This document shows positions 28,116 through 37,795 of a stretch of DNA of 58,648 nucleotides, piece after piece. Where the stretch lies: assembly GCA_946629665.1 (NCBI GenBank), contig CAMOYC010000001.1, positions 1-58,648 of the forward strand, given 5' to 3'. The stretch's first letter is position 1, and the number at the start of each line of letters is the position of its first letter. The stretch is from an uncultured Lachnospiraceae bacterium. GTDB lineage: Bacteria; Bacillota; Clostridia; Lachnospirales; Lachnospiraceae. The notes beneath the pieces were generated by a model. The model searched no databases, was not told the DNA's origin, and saw nothing but the letters and a program-made list of their open reading frames with translations. The position numbers and the translations under genes are program-made.

Positions 28116-28765
28116 TTGATCAGTTTGTTAAGGTCATCATTGTTAACGGCGATCAGCAGACGGTCATCTGCATTGAGTGGGATGTCCGGGTCCGCAATAT
28201 TGCTCAATTTATCTTCATTGACGATGGCGACCACATTGATCCTGTGTTTTTTTCTGAGCTCCAGCTCGCTGATACTGTAGCCGACCCATTCTTCTTTTGG
28301 GTACATTTCTATAATGTCGATATCCTCGGACAGGCCAAAAAACTCGATAAAGTTGGAAGCCATAAGTTTGCGGGCACATACCCGGCCGTGTTCTGCTTCA
28401 GGCTGGACAACTCTGTCAGCTCCGACTTTTTTGTAGATATCCACTGTCCGCTTGCTGGCGGCTTTGGCAATGATCTCCGGAACGCCGGCTTCCTTCGCCA
28501 TGACAATGCACATGATCGTTGCCTCAATATTCTGGGACATACAGATAATGACGATATCCATATTTTTAAGGCCCAGTTCATTGATCGCTTCGGCGTCGGT
28601 CAGATCCGCTGTGACAGCGTAGGTCACTTTGGATGCGATCCTTTCCACGGTGGAAGGGTTTATGTCAGCAGCCAGAACCTGGACATTCTGCTCCATGAAT
28701 TCCAGGGCCAGGCTTATGCCAAACTGACCAAGGCCAAGCACTGCTGCAGATTTTATTTTTTTCAT
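28112..28765 (-). CDS. ktrA: Ktr/Trk K+ uptake RCK subunit
   Basis: GLGQFG Rossmann motif, VGADRVVQPE and a TrkA-C domain; adjacent to a KtrB-like gene. Confidence 0.9.
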   Translation of the reverse strand: MKKIKSAAVLGLGQFGISLALEFMEQNVQVLAADINPSTVERIASKVTYAVTADLTDAEAINELGLKNMDIVIICMSQNIEATIMCIVMAKEAGVPEIIAKAASKRTVDIYKKVGADRVVQPEAEHGRVCARKLMASNFIEFFGLSEDIDIIEMYPKEEWVGYSISELELRKKHRINVVAIVNEDKLSNIADPDIPLNADDRLLIAVNNDDLNKLIN

Positions 28766-28794
28766 GATAACCTCCTTTTGATCTGGTTGTGAAT

Positions 28795-30186
28795 TTATCC
28801 GATATAGAAACGTCCTTCTGCGAAATGGATGTTGTTGCTGCTCTTATGCATAACACTGAAGAACAGTGCCATGGAGATCGGTCCGACCCGGCCGACAAAC
28901 ATGGCCATGATAATGGTGATCTTACCTGCGCTGTTAAGGACAGGAGTGAGAGCCCTGCTCAGGCCGACGGTGCCGGTGGCACTGAAAACTTCATAACATG
29001 CATCCAGGATCGGATAATGACCGGTTGCCAGCAGGATGGCAAGAAACAGTATGTTGAACAGGAGGCTGACGGTGATGATCGCCGTCGCCTTACTGATCAT
29101 TTTATGGCTGATCCGGTGGCCGCGAAGGATCGTTTCTTCCTTCCCCTGGATATAGGAGGCCACATTGATCAGAAGAATGAAAAATGTGACTGTCTTCACA
29201 CCGCCGGCAGTACCGATGGGAGAGCCTCCGATAAACATAAACAGCATGCCCAGCAGGCAGGATAAAGGCTTGAGGTGCTGTTGGGGAATGGTCGCGAAAC
29301 CGGCTGTTCGAAAGGTCATGGACTGAAAGAGACTGGCCAGCAATTTATCCGGAAGACTGAAATTTCCGATTGTCAGAGGATTATTTCTTTCGATCAAAAA
29401 GATCCCGATGGTTCCGGATAAAAGCAGAAAAACAGTGAGAGTGATCACAAGTTTACTGTGTTCACCCAGACGGTTCCAGACAGTTGAAAGCCCTGACTTG
29501 CTCGACCATGTTTTCTTTACCGCATTAACCACATCAAACCAGACGACATAACCAAGTCCTCCCAGGACCACCAGGGCGGTTGTCACCAGATTGACCAGCA
29601 CATTTCCGTGAAAGGCACAGAGACTGTCGATCCCTATGGTATCGATCCCCGCATTACAGAAGGCGGAAACCGCTGTAAACAGGGAAGTCCACAGTCCTTT
29701 TCCAAGACCGAATTTCGGGACAAAGACAAAAGCGTAGAAGATGGCTCCGGTCCCTTCCACGATCAGCGTTCCGACCACGACCTTCTTCAAAAAAGAAATG
29801 ATTCCGCTTAAGGAGTCCAGATTGAAATAATCGTGGATAAGTATATTCATCGAAAAGCTGGAACGGCGATGGAGGAGAAGAATTCCTACAGAGTAGATCG
29901 TGATCACTCCGAGACCGCCTGCCTGGATCAGAAGCAGGATGATAAACTGGCCGAAAAGGGACCAGTGGGAAAATGTGTCCACGACCACGAGGCCGGTCAC
30001 ACAAGTTGAGGTTGTGGCAGTGAACAAAGCTGTCAGTATATCAGTCCCTTCCCCTGAAGCACCGGACACAGGAAGCATCAGGAGGAGAGTCCCGGCAAGG
30101 ATTACCAGAAAGAAACTGAACAGGATGATCCTTGTGGAATTCAGACGTATGTGACGCTCAAAAAATGCAGTGATGGAAGATAACAT
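28795..30186 (-). CDS. ktrB: Ktr/TrkH K+ uptake membrane subunit
   Basis: Four pore-loop motifs: TSTCVTGL, SAFCNAG, FRTAGF and SATGTVGLS. Confidence 0.92.
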   Translation of the reverse strand: MLSSITAFFERHIRLNSTRIILFSFFLVILAGTLLLMLPVSGASGEGTDILTALFTATTSTCVTGLVVVDTFSHWSLFGQFIILLLIQAGGLGVITIYSVGILLLHRRSSFSMNILIHDYFNLDSLSGIISFLKKVVVGTLIVEGTGAIFYAFVFVPKFGLGKGLWTSLFTAVSAFCNAGIDTIGIDSLCAFHGNVLVNLVTTALVVLGGLGYVVWFDVVNAVKKTWSSKSGLSTVWNRLGEHSKLVITLTVFLLLSGTIGIFLIERNNPLTIGNFSLPDKLLASLFQSMTFRTAGFATIPQQHLKPLSCLLGMLFMFIGGSPIGTAGGVKTVTFFILLINVASYIQGKEETILRGHRISHKMISKATAIITVSLLFNILFLAILLATGHYPILDACYEVFSATGTVGLSRALTPVLNSAGKITIIMAMFVGRVGPISMALFFSVMHKSSNNIHFAEGRFYIG

Positions 30187-30216
30187 AAGCTTCTCCTGTC
30201 TAAAAAATTTTTTGCT

Positions 30217-30259
30217 TATTTTATTATACCATCATTCCTAATGATGGTATAATAAAATA
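30217..30259. promoter_or_regulatory. Perfect 20-bp-arm inverted repeat carrying an extended -10 (TGGTATAAT) on each strand; candidate bidirectional promoter
   Basis: TATTTTATTATACCATCATT-cct-AATGATGGTATAATAAAATA lies between the divergent ktrB and the 30318 ORF. Confidence 0.7.
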
Positions 30260-30317
30260 TAAGCCGGAAGATCATTTTTTATCTTACCGGCCCGCAAAAA
30301 CAGATAAGGATAATACA

Positions 30318-31070
30318 ATGAAATTATATATCAATTCAGATGAAACCAGACCTGCGGAGATACCCTCCTTAAATTGTCAGGTAACGTTGGTACGTAATCT
30401 TGATGAGATTCCGAAAGGGGAGAGATATCTTCGCTGTGATGAGAGGGGCCTGGCTCTTGTCCAGGACCATATGGAGCTCCTGTGCAATTTCCGGTCTATG
30501 CTTTCCCGGGTTGGCAGAGGGCACCTTCAGCATGAGAAACTCCTGAGGGCTGTCCGCATGAAAGAAGAAGTCCCGGAACCCTTTGCAGTGGATGCCACTG
30601 CAGGTCTCGGAGAAGATTCTTTTATTCTGGCGGCTGCAGGTTTTCAGGTTCTGCTTTTTGAGTATAACCCTGTGATCGCCGGCCTGCTGCGGGATGGGCT
30701 GGAAAGGGCGCTAAAGGACCCTGAGATCGCAGATATCGCCTCGCGGATGGAACTGGTGGAAGGGGACAGTGTGGACCTGCTTGCGGGTCTGAAGAGAAGA
30801 CCAAATCTGATCTATCTGGACCCTATGTTCCCTGCGAAGAAAAAAAGCGGGATCAGCACCAAGAAACTGCAGCTGTTTCAAAAACTGGAACAGCCCTGTG
30901 AGAATGAAGAGGCCCTGATGGACGCTGCAAGAGCGGTGCATCCGGACAAGATTGTGGTGAAAAGACCCATAAAGGGACCGCCTCTTGCCGGAAAAAAACC
31001 GGGATACTCGATCGACTGCAGAAATGTAAGATATGACTGCTATGTTTTCAGTAAAAACAGAAACACATAA
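30318..31070 (+). CDS. RsmJ-like class I SAM-dependent methyltransferase
   Basis: VDATAGLGEDS, IYLDPMFP and IVVKRP motifs of the RsmJ (YhiQ) family. Confidence 0.85.
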   Translation: MKLYINSDETRPAEIPSLNCQVTLVRNLDEIPKGERYLRCDERGLALVQDHMELLCNFRSMLSRVGRGHLQHEKLLRAVRMKEEVPEPFAVDATAGLGEDSFILAAAGFQVLLFEYNPVIAGLLRDGLERALKDPEIADIASRMELVEGDSVDLLAGLKRRPNLIYLDPMFPAKKKSGISTKKLQLFQKLEQPCENEEALMDAARAVHPDKIVVKRPIKGPPLAGKKPGYSIDCRNVRYDCYVFSKNRNT

Positions 31071-31081
31071 AGGAGAAGAAG

Positions 31082-31786
31082 ATGGATCTTTTAGATTGCG
31101 GCAGATTCGTCATACGGATCGTGATCACCGGCGGCCCCTGCGGCGGGAAGACCATATCCATAAGGCGTCTTTTAAAAGAACTTCATAAAGAGGAATTTGC
31201 CCGGGACTATGTGGTGCTTACCATGGATGAGACAGCGACCCAGCTGATCGGCTCCGGGATCAATCCTTTAAACTGCCTGACTCCATGCACCTATCAGCTG
31301 ATGCAGATGAAACTGCAGTATTTCCGGGAGAAAATCTATGCGGCTGCGGCGGAGGAGATCGCCCAGACCCAGAAGAAATCAGTGATCATTTTATATGACC
31401 GCGGCATGATGGATAATAAGGCCTATATTCCTTACGAAGAATTTCTGAAAGACCTGGACATACTCGGCCTGACTGAGGATGAGTGTTTAAGCTGGTACGA
31501 TGCGGTCTATCATATGATGACAGCGGCCAAGGGTGCAGAGAAGTTCTACTCGAAAGAAAATAACCGGGCCAGGATGGAGAACCCCAAGCAGGCTGCGTAC
31601 CGGGATGATCGTACCCTGAAGGCCTGGGAAGACCATCCGGCCAGGAAGGTGTTTGATAATTCTACCGGTTTTCCGAGGAAAGTGGACAGGCTGGTGGAGG
31701 AGATCAAACATTTTCTTCGTGAAGAAGTACCGGAGATGACCAACCGGCTCCCGGAAATTACATTAGAAGAAGACTCGATTATATAA
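31082..31786 (+). CDS. AAA_28 (NadR/Ttd14-like) P-loop NMP-kinase-fold protein
   Basis: RIVITGGPCGGKT Walker A, ETAT, ILYDRG.MD.KAY, YDAV.H and N..R.E motifs. Confidence 0.75.
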   Translation: MDLLDCGRFVIRIVITGGPCGGKTISIRRLLKELHKEEFARDYVVLTMDETATQLIGSGINPLNCLTPCTYQLMQMKLQYFREKIYAAAAEEIAQTQKKSVIILYDRGMMDNKAYIPYEEFLKDLDILGLTEDECLSWYDAVYHMMTAAKGAEKFYSKENNRARMENPKQAAYRDDRTLKAWEDHPARKVFDNSTGFPRKVDRLVEEIKHFLREEVPEMTNRLPEITLEEDSII

Positions 31787-31805
31787 AACATGAGGAGAGA
31801 GATAT

Positions 31806-32429
31806 ATGAATGTTCACCTGATCGGTATTGCCGGAGGTTCCGGATCCGGAAAATCAACTTTCACAGATATGCTGAAGAACAGATTTCCGGATGATATCTC
31901 CGTGATCTACCATGACAATTATTACCGGGACCAGTCAGATGTTCCCCTGGAGGAGAGGGCGAAAGTGAATTACGATCATCCGGACGCCCTGGAAACGGAT
32001 ATGCTCTACGGACATCTCCTGGCGCTGAAGAGAGGAGAGGCGATCACTTGTCCGGTTTACGATTTCAGCTGCCATAACCGGTCAGACAAGCTGCTCACCG
32101 TGGAACCGAAGCCCTTTATCATTGTGGAAGGGATCCTGGTGCTCACTGACGACCGTCTTCGCGACCTGTTTGACCTGAAGATCTATGTCGACGCAGATCC
32201 TGATGAGCGGATCCTGCGACGGATCCTGAGGGATGTGAAGGAAAGAGGCAGGGACCTGGAAGGGATCATCGACCAGTATCTGACTACTGTCAAACCCATG
32301 CATTACCATTATGTGGAGCCTTATAAGAGCAAGGCAGATATTGTTTTGAACAGCGGAAAAAATGAACAGGCTTTCGCGATGGCTGAGGCCTGGATCCAAA
32401 ATCACATAAAGGAGGACCAAGAACCATGA
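31806..32429 (+). CDS. udk: Uridine kinase
   Basis: IGIAGGSGSGKST, NYDHPDA, IIVEGIL, RRILRDVKERGR and VKPMH motifs. Confidence 0.95.
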   Translation: MNVHLIGIAGGSGSGKSTFTDMLKNRFPDDISVIYHDNYYRDQSDVPLEERAKVNYDHPDALETDMLYGHLLALKRGEAITCPVYDFSCHNRSDKLLTVEPKPFIIVEGILVLTDDRLRDLFDLKIYVDADPDERILRRILRDVKERGRDLEGIIDQYLTTVKPMHYHYVEPYKSKADIVLNSGKNEQAFAMAEAWIQNHIKEDQEP

Positions 32430-33610
32430 AAAAGTGGAAGAGAGCGATCGCTTTGCTCCTGAGTGCTGCCCTGATCTTTTCCCTCGTCGGCTGTGGCTCT
32501 GCGAGGACGGAGAATAAAGGGCAGTCGGAGTACCGTGTCTGTATGATCACAGACTCGGGAGATATCACAGACCAGTCATTCAATCAGATGACCTACGAGG
32601 CCTGCCGGGATTTCTGTAAGGAAAACAACATTGATTTTACTTACAAGAAACCCGACGGAGATACGGACTATGCCCGTGTGGCGATGATCGACGTGGCTGT
32701 AGCGGAAGGCTATAATATCATAGTCTGTCCGGGTTACATATTTGCTGAGGCCCTGGTCGAGACTACCAGCAAATACCCGGATATCAAGTTTGTTGCTCTG
32801 GACCTTAGCGGAAGCGATATCGCTGCCGCTGCGGTGGGTGGTATCTACTATGCGGATCCTGCAGCCTACGACCCGGCCGATTATTATAATACGGGAAATA
32901 CTTACTGTGCAATCTACCAGGAGCAGATTTCCGGATTTCTGGCAGGATATTCTGCAGTTAAGCTGGGATACCGTAAACTGGGATTCCTGGGCGGAATGGC
33001 CGTTCCGGGTGTCATGCGTTACGGTTACGGCTTCGTGCAGGGAGTCAATCAGGCAGCGGACGAACTGAACTGTGAGGACGAGGTGAAATTGGAATACGCC
33101 TACGGCGGTCAATTCTACGGATCCACAGAGATCACGGCGGCTATGGATACCTGGTATTCCGGCGGCACAGAGATCGTGTTTGCTTGCGGCGGCGGCATCT
33201 TTACTTCCGTGGCGGAAGCAGCTGTCAAGAAAAACGGCAAGGTGATCGGTGTTGACAGTGACCAGTCCGGCGTCATTGATACCTACGAAGAAGGAATGAC
33301 TGTCACCTCCGCGATCAAAAACCTTTCTGCTACAGTGAATACCATACTGGACTCCATCATCTTTTCCAACACCTGGGACCAGCATGTCGGCAAGATTGAG
33401 AATCTGGGACTGGTATCCGGGACAGATACATCCCTGAATTATGTGGGGATCGCGGAAGAAAGTACACAGTGGAATAAAAAATTTACCCATGAGGACTACA
33501 AAAAACTGGTGAATGAGATCTATGATGGTAAGATCAAGGTTTCCGATGCGATCGATCAGTTCCCGAAAACAGACGTGAAGGTAAATGTTCGAGAAGGAAC
33601 CATCAAATAG
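32426..33610 (+). CDS. BMP-family nucleoside-binding lipoprotein
   Basis: Lipobox LVGC, ITDSGDITDQSFNQ, GFLGGM and VIGVDSDQ motifs. Confidence 0.92.
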   Translation: MKKWKRAIALLLSAALIFSLVGCGSARTENKGQSEYRVCMITDSGDITDQSFNQMTYEACRDFCKENNIDFTYKKPDGDTDYARVAMIDVAVAEGYNIIVCPGYIFAEALVETTSKYPDIKFVALDLSGSDIAAAAVGGIYYADPAAYDPADYYNTGNTYCAIYQEQISGFLAGYSAVKLGYRKLGFLGGMAVPGVMRYGYGFVQGVNQAADELNCEDEVKLEYAYGGQFYGSTEITAAMDTWYSGGTEIVFACGGGIFTSVAEAAVKKNGKVIGVDSDQSGVIDTYEEGMTVTSAIKNLSATVNTILDSIIFSNTWDQHVGKIENLGLVSGTDTSLNYVGIAEESTQWNKKFTHEDYKKLVNEIYDGKIKVSDAIDQFPKTDVKVNVREGTIK

Positions 33611-33621
33611 AGAGGAGGGAA

Positions 33622-35178
33622 ATGAATATGGATAATTATGCAATTGAAATGCGTCACATCACAAAACGCTTTCCGGGAATCATCGCCAATGATGATATCA
33701 CGCTCCAGCTGAAAAAAGGAGAGATCCATGCCCTTCTCGGTGAAAACGGAGCCGGAAAATCTACTTTGATGAGCGTTCTTTTCGGTTTGTATCAACCGGA
33801 GGAAGGAGAGATCTACAAGGATGGCCGGAAGGTGGAGATCCACAATCCGAATGATGCCAATGCACTGGGAATCGGCATGGTCCACCAGCATTTTAAACTG
33901 GTGGAATGTTTTTCCGTTCTGGATAATATCATACTGGGAGTGGAACCGACAAAAGCAGGATTTCTTAAGAAGGATGAAGCCAGAAAGAAAGTTATGGAGC
34001 TCTCGGAAAAGTACCATTTAATGGTTGATCCCGATGCTCTGATCGAGGATATCACCGTTGGAATGCAGCAGAGGACCGAGATCCTGAAGATGCTTTACAG
34101 GGATAATGAAATCCTGATCTTTGATGAGCCTACCGCGGTACTGAGTATCCAGGAAATCCATGAACTGATGCAGATCATGAAAGATCTGGCCAGGGAAGGG
34201 AAGAGCATTTTGTTCATCTCACATAAATTAAATGAGATAATGGAGGTCTCGGACCGGTGTACGGTCCTCCGAAAGGGTAAATATGTGGGTACCGTGAACA
34301 CGGCGGATACTACCCCGGAAGCTCTTTCTTCCATGATGGTTGGGCGAGATGTCAGTTTCAAGGTCGAAAAAGGAAAGGCAAACCCGGGTAAGGTGATCCT
34401 GGATGTCAGGAACATGTGTGTTGCCGGGAAACACGGTAAAAAGGATGTGGTCTCCAACGTGAACTTCCAGGTAAGGAGCGGAGAGATCGTCTGTATTGCC
34501 GGCATCGACGGAAACGGGCAGTCTGAGCTGATCTACGGTTTATCCGGCCTGGAGCATCTGAAGAGCGGTACCATTGTTCTTAACGGTAAAGATGTGAGCA
34601 GTGAGCCGATCCGGCAGCGCTCTGTGCTGGGAACCTCCCATATACCGGAAGACCGGCATAAATACGGGATGGTCCTGGATTATTCCCTGGAGAATAATAT
34701 GGTCCTCCAGGAGTACTTCACCCCTGAATTCATCACGTCCTTTGGCTTCCTGAAACAAGCCAGCATCCGCAAGTTTGCGAAGCGACTGATCAAGGAATAT
34801 GACGTCCGGTCCAGTCAGGGACCGATCACCATTGCCAGGACCATGTCCGGCGGCAATCAGCAAAAGGCAGTGATCGCCAGAGAGATTGATAAAGATCCCA
34901 GGCTTCTGATCGCAGTCCAGCCCACCAGAGGTGTGGATGTCGGAGCGATCGAATTTATCCATAAACAGCTGATCGCGCAGAGGGATGCCGGGAAAGCGGT
35001 GCTTCTGGTCAGCCTGGAACTTGATGAAGTAATGAATGTCTCTGACCGTATCCTGGTAATGTATGAAGGGGAGCTGGTCGGAGAATTCGACCCGGAGAAA
35101 GTTACTGTGGAAGAACTCGGACTTTACATGACCGGAGCCCGGAGACAGGAGGTGAAAACAGATGAAGAAAAAGAATAA
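33622..35178 (+). CDS. Nucleoside (CUT2-type) ABC transporter ATP-binding protein, two domains
   Basis: GENGAGKST, IFDEPT, SGGNQQK and QPTRGVDVGA motifs. Confidence 0.93.
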   Translation: MNMDNYAIEMRHITKRFPGIIANDDITLQLKKGEIHALLGENGAGKSTLMSVLFGLYQPEEGEIYKDGRKVEIHNPNDANALGIGMVHQHFKLVECFSVLDNIILGVEPTKAGFLKKDEARKKVMELSEKYHLMVDPDALIEDITVGMQQRTEILKMLYRDNEILIFDEPTAVLSIQEIHELMQIMKDLAREGKSILFISHKLNEIMEVSDRCTVLRKGKYVGTVNTADTTPEALSSMMVGRDVSFKVEKGKANPGKVILDVRNMCVAGKHGKKDVVSNVNFQVRSGEIVCIAGIDGNGQSELIYGLSGLEHLKSGTIVLNGKDVSSEPIRQRSVLGTSHIPEDRHKYGMVLDYSLENNMVLQEYFTPEFITSFGFLKQASIRKFAKRLIKEYDVRSSQGPITIARTMSGGNQQKAVIAREIDKDPRLLIAVQPTRGVDVGAIEFIHKQLIAQRDAGKAVLLVSLELDEVMNVSDRILVMYEGELVGEFDPEKVTVEELGLYMTGARRQEVKTDEEKE

Positions 35179-36325
35179 ATTATACTCTGTCTGGACCAAC
35201 CATGGAGTGCAGAGTTTCATTGCCTCTCTGATCTGTATCTTCTTTGGCCTGCTTGTCGGTTATCTTGTGCTGTTATGTATCAACCCTGCGGGTGCCGGAA
35301 GGGCGATGCTGGCGATCCTGCAGAACTTCCTCTACTTCCCCAGACCGGAAGTAGCACTTGAGTATTTCGGCTCAACTCTGGTAAAGACAGCTCCGCTTCT
35401 CATGTGTACCTTGTCTGTTCTTTTTGCCTACAAGACCGGCCTGTTTAATATCGGTGCTTCCGGCCAGTATACGGTCGGTGTAGGCGCAGCCCTCTATCTG
35501 GCTTTAAAATACCAGATGCCCTGGTTTGTATGCCTGATCGCGGCCATGCTCGCCGGAGGCCTGCTGGGAGCAGCTGCCGGTGCTCTGAAAGCCTACAGGA
35601 ATGTAAATGAAGTCATTGCCTGTATCATGTTGAACTGGCTGTCCCTTTACACTGTTAACATGGTACTGAACAAGGTAAAGGAAGCCAGCACGACTTACAC
35701 CGGTCCCCTCAGAACGGAGAATCCGGCAGCCTTGCTTCCCCACATGGGCCTGAATAAGCTTTTTTCCGATAACCGCTATGTGACCATCGCAATCCTTCTG
35801 GCCGGCCTGGCAGCGGTCTTCGTATGGGTGCTCATGGAAAAGACCATGATGGGCTTTGAACTGAAAGCGACCGGTTATAATAAAAATGCAGCAAAGTATG
35901 CCGGGATGAGAGAAAAGAGAAACGTCATCCTTACCATGTTCATCTCCGGCTGTCTGGCCGGCCTGGGAGCTTCCTTCCTGTATCTGAGTGGGATCGAGCA
36001 GTGGTCATGTGCACAGACATCGGTTCCCGGCATGGGATTTAACGGAATCGCAGCTGCCTTTCTTGGAGGCCTGCACCCCATTGGGAGCATTTTTTCCTCC
36101 TTCTTTATACAGCACATTACCAGCGGCGGTTCTTATGTGGATAAGATGGTATATCCTTCCCAGATTTCCGACCTGATCTCCTCGATCATCATCTATTTCT
36201 GCAGTTTTGTTCTGCTGATCCGGTATATGATCAACGAGCGCGTGATCAACAAGATGGGGGCAGATATTTTAAACACAGAAGAAGAAAATGTTTCCGATGA
36301 TGAGAAAGGGGGTGAGGACAGATGA
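35162..36325 (+). CDS. Nucleoside ABC transporter permease 1
   Basis: GLFNIGASGQ, NEVI..IMLN and GFELKA.G.N..AA.YAG motifs. Confidence 0.9.
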   Translation: MKKKNKLYSVWTNHGVQSFIASLICIFFGLLVGYLVLLCINPAGAGRAMLAILQNFLYFPRPEVALEYFGSTLVKTAPLLMCTLSVLFAYKTGLFNIGASGQYTVGVGAALYLALKYQMPWFVCLIAAMLAGGLLGAAAGALKAYRNVNEVIACIMLNWLSLYTVNMVLNKVKEASTTYTGPLRTENPAALLPHMGLNKLFSDNRYVTIAILLAGLAAVFVWVLMEKTMMGFELKATGYNKNAAKYAGMREKRNVILTMFISGCLAGLGASFLYLSGIEQWSCAQTSVPGMGFNGIAAAFLGGLHPIGSIFSSFFIQHITSGGSYVDKMVYPSQISDLISSIIIYFCSFVLLIRYMINERVINKMGADILNTEEENVSDDEKGGEDR

Positions 36326-37260
36326 CACTGTTATTACAATACACATTGGTCTATGCATCTGTACTGACTCTTGTCGCTTTAGGCGGATGTTTTTCGGAGC
36401 ACAGCGGTGTGATCAATCTTGGCCTGGAAGGGATCATGGTGGTCGGAGCCCTGGGCGGGGCCCTGGTGATGCATTTTTTACAGGGACTCGGCGCTTTCCC
36501 CATGCTGGTACTGACCTTGCTGGGAAGTATCCTGTGCGGCACGATCTTCTCCCTGCTCCTGGCGGTTGCGGCTATTAATTTTAATGCGGACCAGACTCTG
36601 GTAGGTACTGCCATGAACATGCTGGCAACAGCAGTAGCCACTGTTCTGGTGAAGGCGATCAATATGGCCCAGGATCCGAACAATGTGTCCTCCACTGTCA
36701 GATACATCCACCAGAAGAAAGTGTTTATACATAAGATTGGAGACTTCTCCCTGGATTGGTTTATGGTGCTCACTGTCCTGATCCTGATCGCTTCCGTGAT
36801 CGTTCTCTATAAAACCAGGTTCGGACTTCGTCTCATGGCCTGCGGCGAGCATCCTCAGGCTGCAGATTCTGTGGGAATCAACGTTTACCTGATGCGGTAT
36901 GCCGGCGTAATGATCTCCGGTGCTTTAGGAGGTCTTGGAGGTATTGCCTATATCACCGCGGGTGTCAGTGAATGGAAATTTGAGAACGGCGTGGCAGGCT
37001 TCGGTTTCCTGGCACTGGCTGTAATGATCTTTGGCCAGTGGAAACCTCTTAACATCGGGCTTGCTGCCTTACTGTTCGGACTTCTGAGAGCTTTGTCCAA
37101 TGTATACAGCGGATTCGATTTCCTGGTAGCTTTGAAACTGCCAAGTACCATGTACAACATGCTTCCCTATATTATCTCCCTGCTTGTTCTGGCGATCTTT
37201 TCTCAGGATTCCAGGGCTCCGAAGGCGGAGGGTATCCCCTATGATAAGGGGCAGAGATAA
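36322..37260 (+). CDS. Nucleoside ABC transporter permease 2
   Basis: SGVINLGLEGIM, GLRLMACGEHPQAADSVGI and GFLALA..IFGQW motifs. Confidence 0.9.
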   Translation: MTLLLQYTLVYASVLTLVALGGCFSEHSGVINLGLEGIMVVGALGGALVMHFLQGLGAFPMLVLTLLGSILCGTIFSLLLAVAAINFNADQTLVGTAMNMLATAVATVLVKAINMAQDPNNVSSTVRYIHQKKVFIHKIGDFSLDWFMVLTVLILIASVIVLYKTRFGLRLMACGEHPQAADSVGINVYLMRYAGVMISGALGGLGGIAYITAGVSEWKFENGVAGFGFLALAVMIFGQWKPLNIGLAALLFGLLRALSNVYSGFDFLVALKLPSTMYNMLPYIISLLVLAIFSQDSRAPKAEGIPYDKGQR

Positions 37261-37313
37261 GTTGTGGGTTATGATACGGAAGACTGTATGAGAAAATGTT
37301 CAGGAGGAGACCG

Positions 37314-37772
37314 ATGCAATTTGCATTACTGATCGTGGACGACGGGGTATATGTAGGAAACCGGGAAACCCCGGCCCTGTCCCCTGTCTTAAAAACTATA
37401 GAAGAGCATGGAGACCAGGTGGTCTTCACCGGCTCTGTTCCTGAATCCCGTGATCTGGTGGAGATGGATCTGGAGAAGATCTGTGATATCGAGAAGGCGG
37501 ATGTCCTTCTGACCATCGGTGGTACCGGCCTGTCAGTCAGAGACTGTGTGCCGGATGCCACCAGAGCGGTCCGGGAAGAAAACTGTCCTGTGCTGAAAAA
37601 AAAGCTCCATGATCATTGTACAGAAGCTTTGAAGCAGGGCATGCTTTACCGTGCCGAGACCGGGGTTCGCAGTGGGACCATGATCGTCAATCTGCCGGGA
37701 ACCGGCGAGATGGTGATCGACTGTCTGGAAAAGCTTTATCCGGACCTGGTATCCCTGACAGAGAAATCATGA
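37314..37772 (+). CDS. MogA/MoaB-like (molybdopterin-binding fold) protein, divergent
   Basis: LLTIGGTGLSVRDCVPDAT and IVNLPG motifs. ATG 37314 follows AGGAGGAG. Confidence 0.7.
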   Translation: MQFALLIVDDGVYVGNRETPALSPVLKTIEEHGDQVVFTGSVPESRDLVEMDLEKICDIEKADVLLTIGGTGLSVRDCVPDATRAVREENCPVLKKKLHDHCTEALKQGMLYRAETGVRSGTMIVNLPGTGEMVIDCLEKLYPDLVSLTEKS

Positions 37773-37795
37773 AAAGAGAATATCAAGGAGTTACT

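Noticed and set aside
30187-30216. c-di-AMP riboswitch upstream of ktrB
   Set aside because: The leader between the putative promoter and the start codon is only about 30 nt, leaving no room.
32576-33643. 355-aa antisense ORF opposite the BMP lipoprotein (likewise 23473-24411, 47837-48760, 9766-10518)
   Set aside because: Shadow ORFs of well-supported genes with no motifs of their own.
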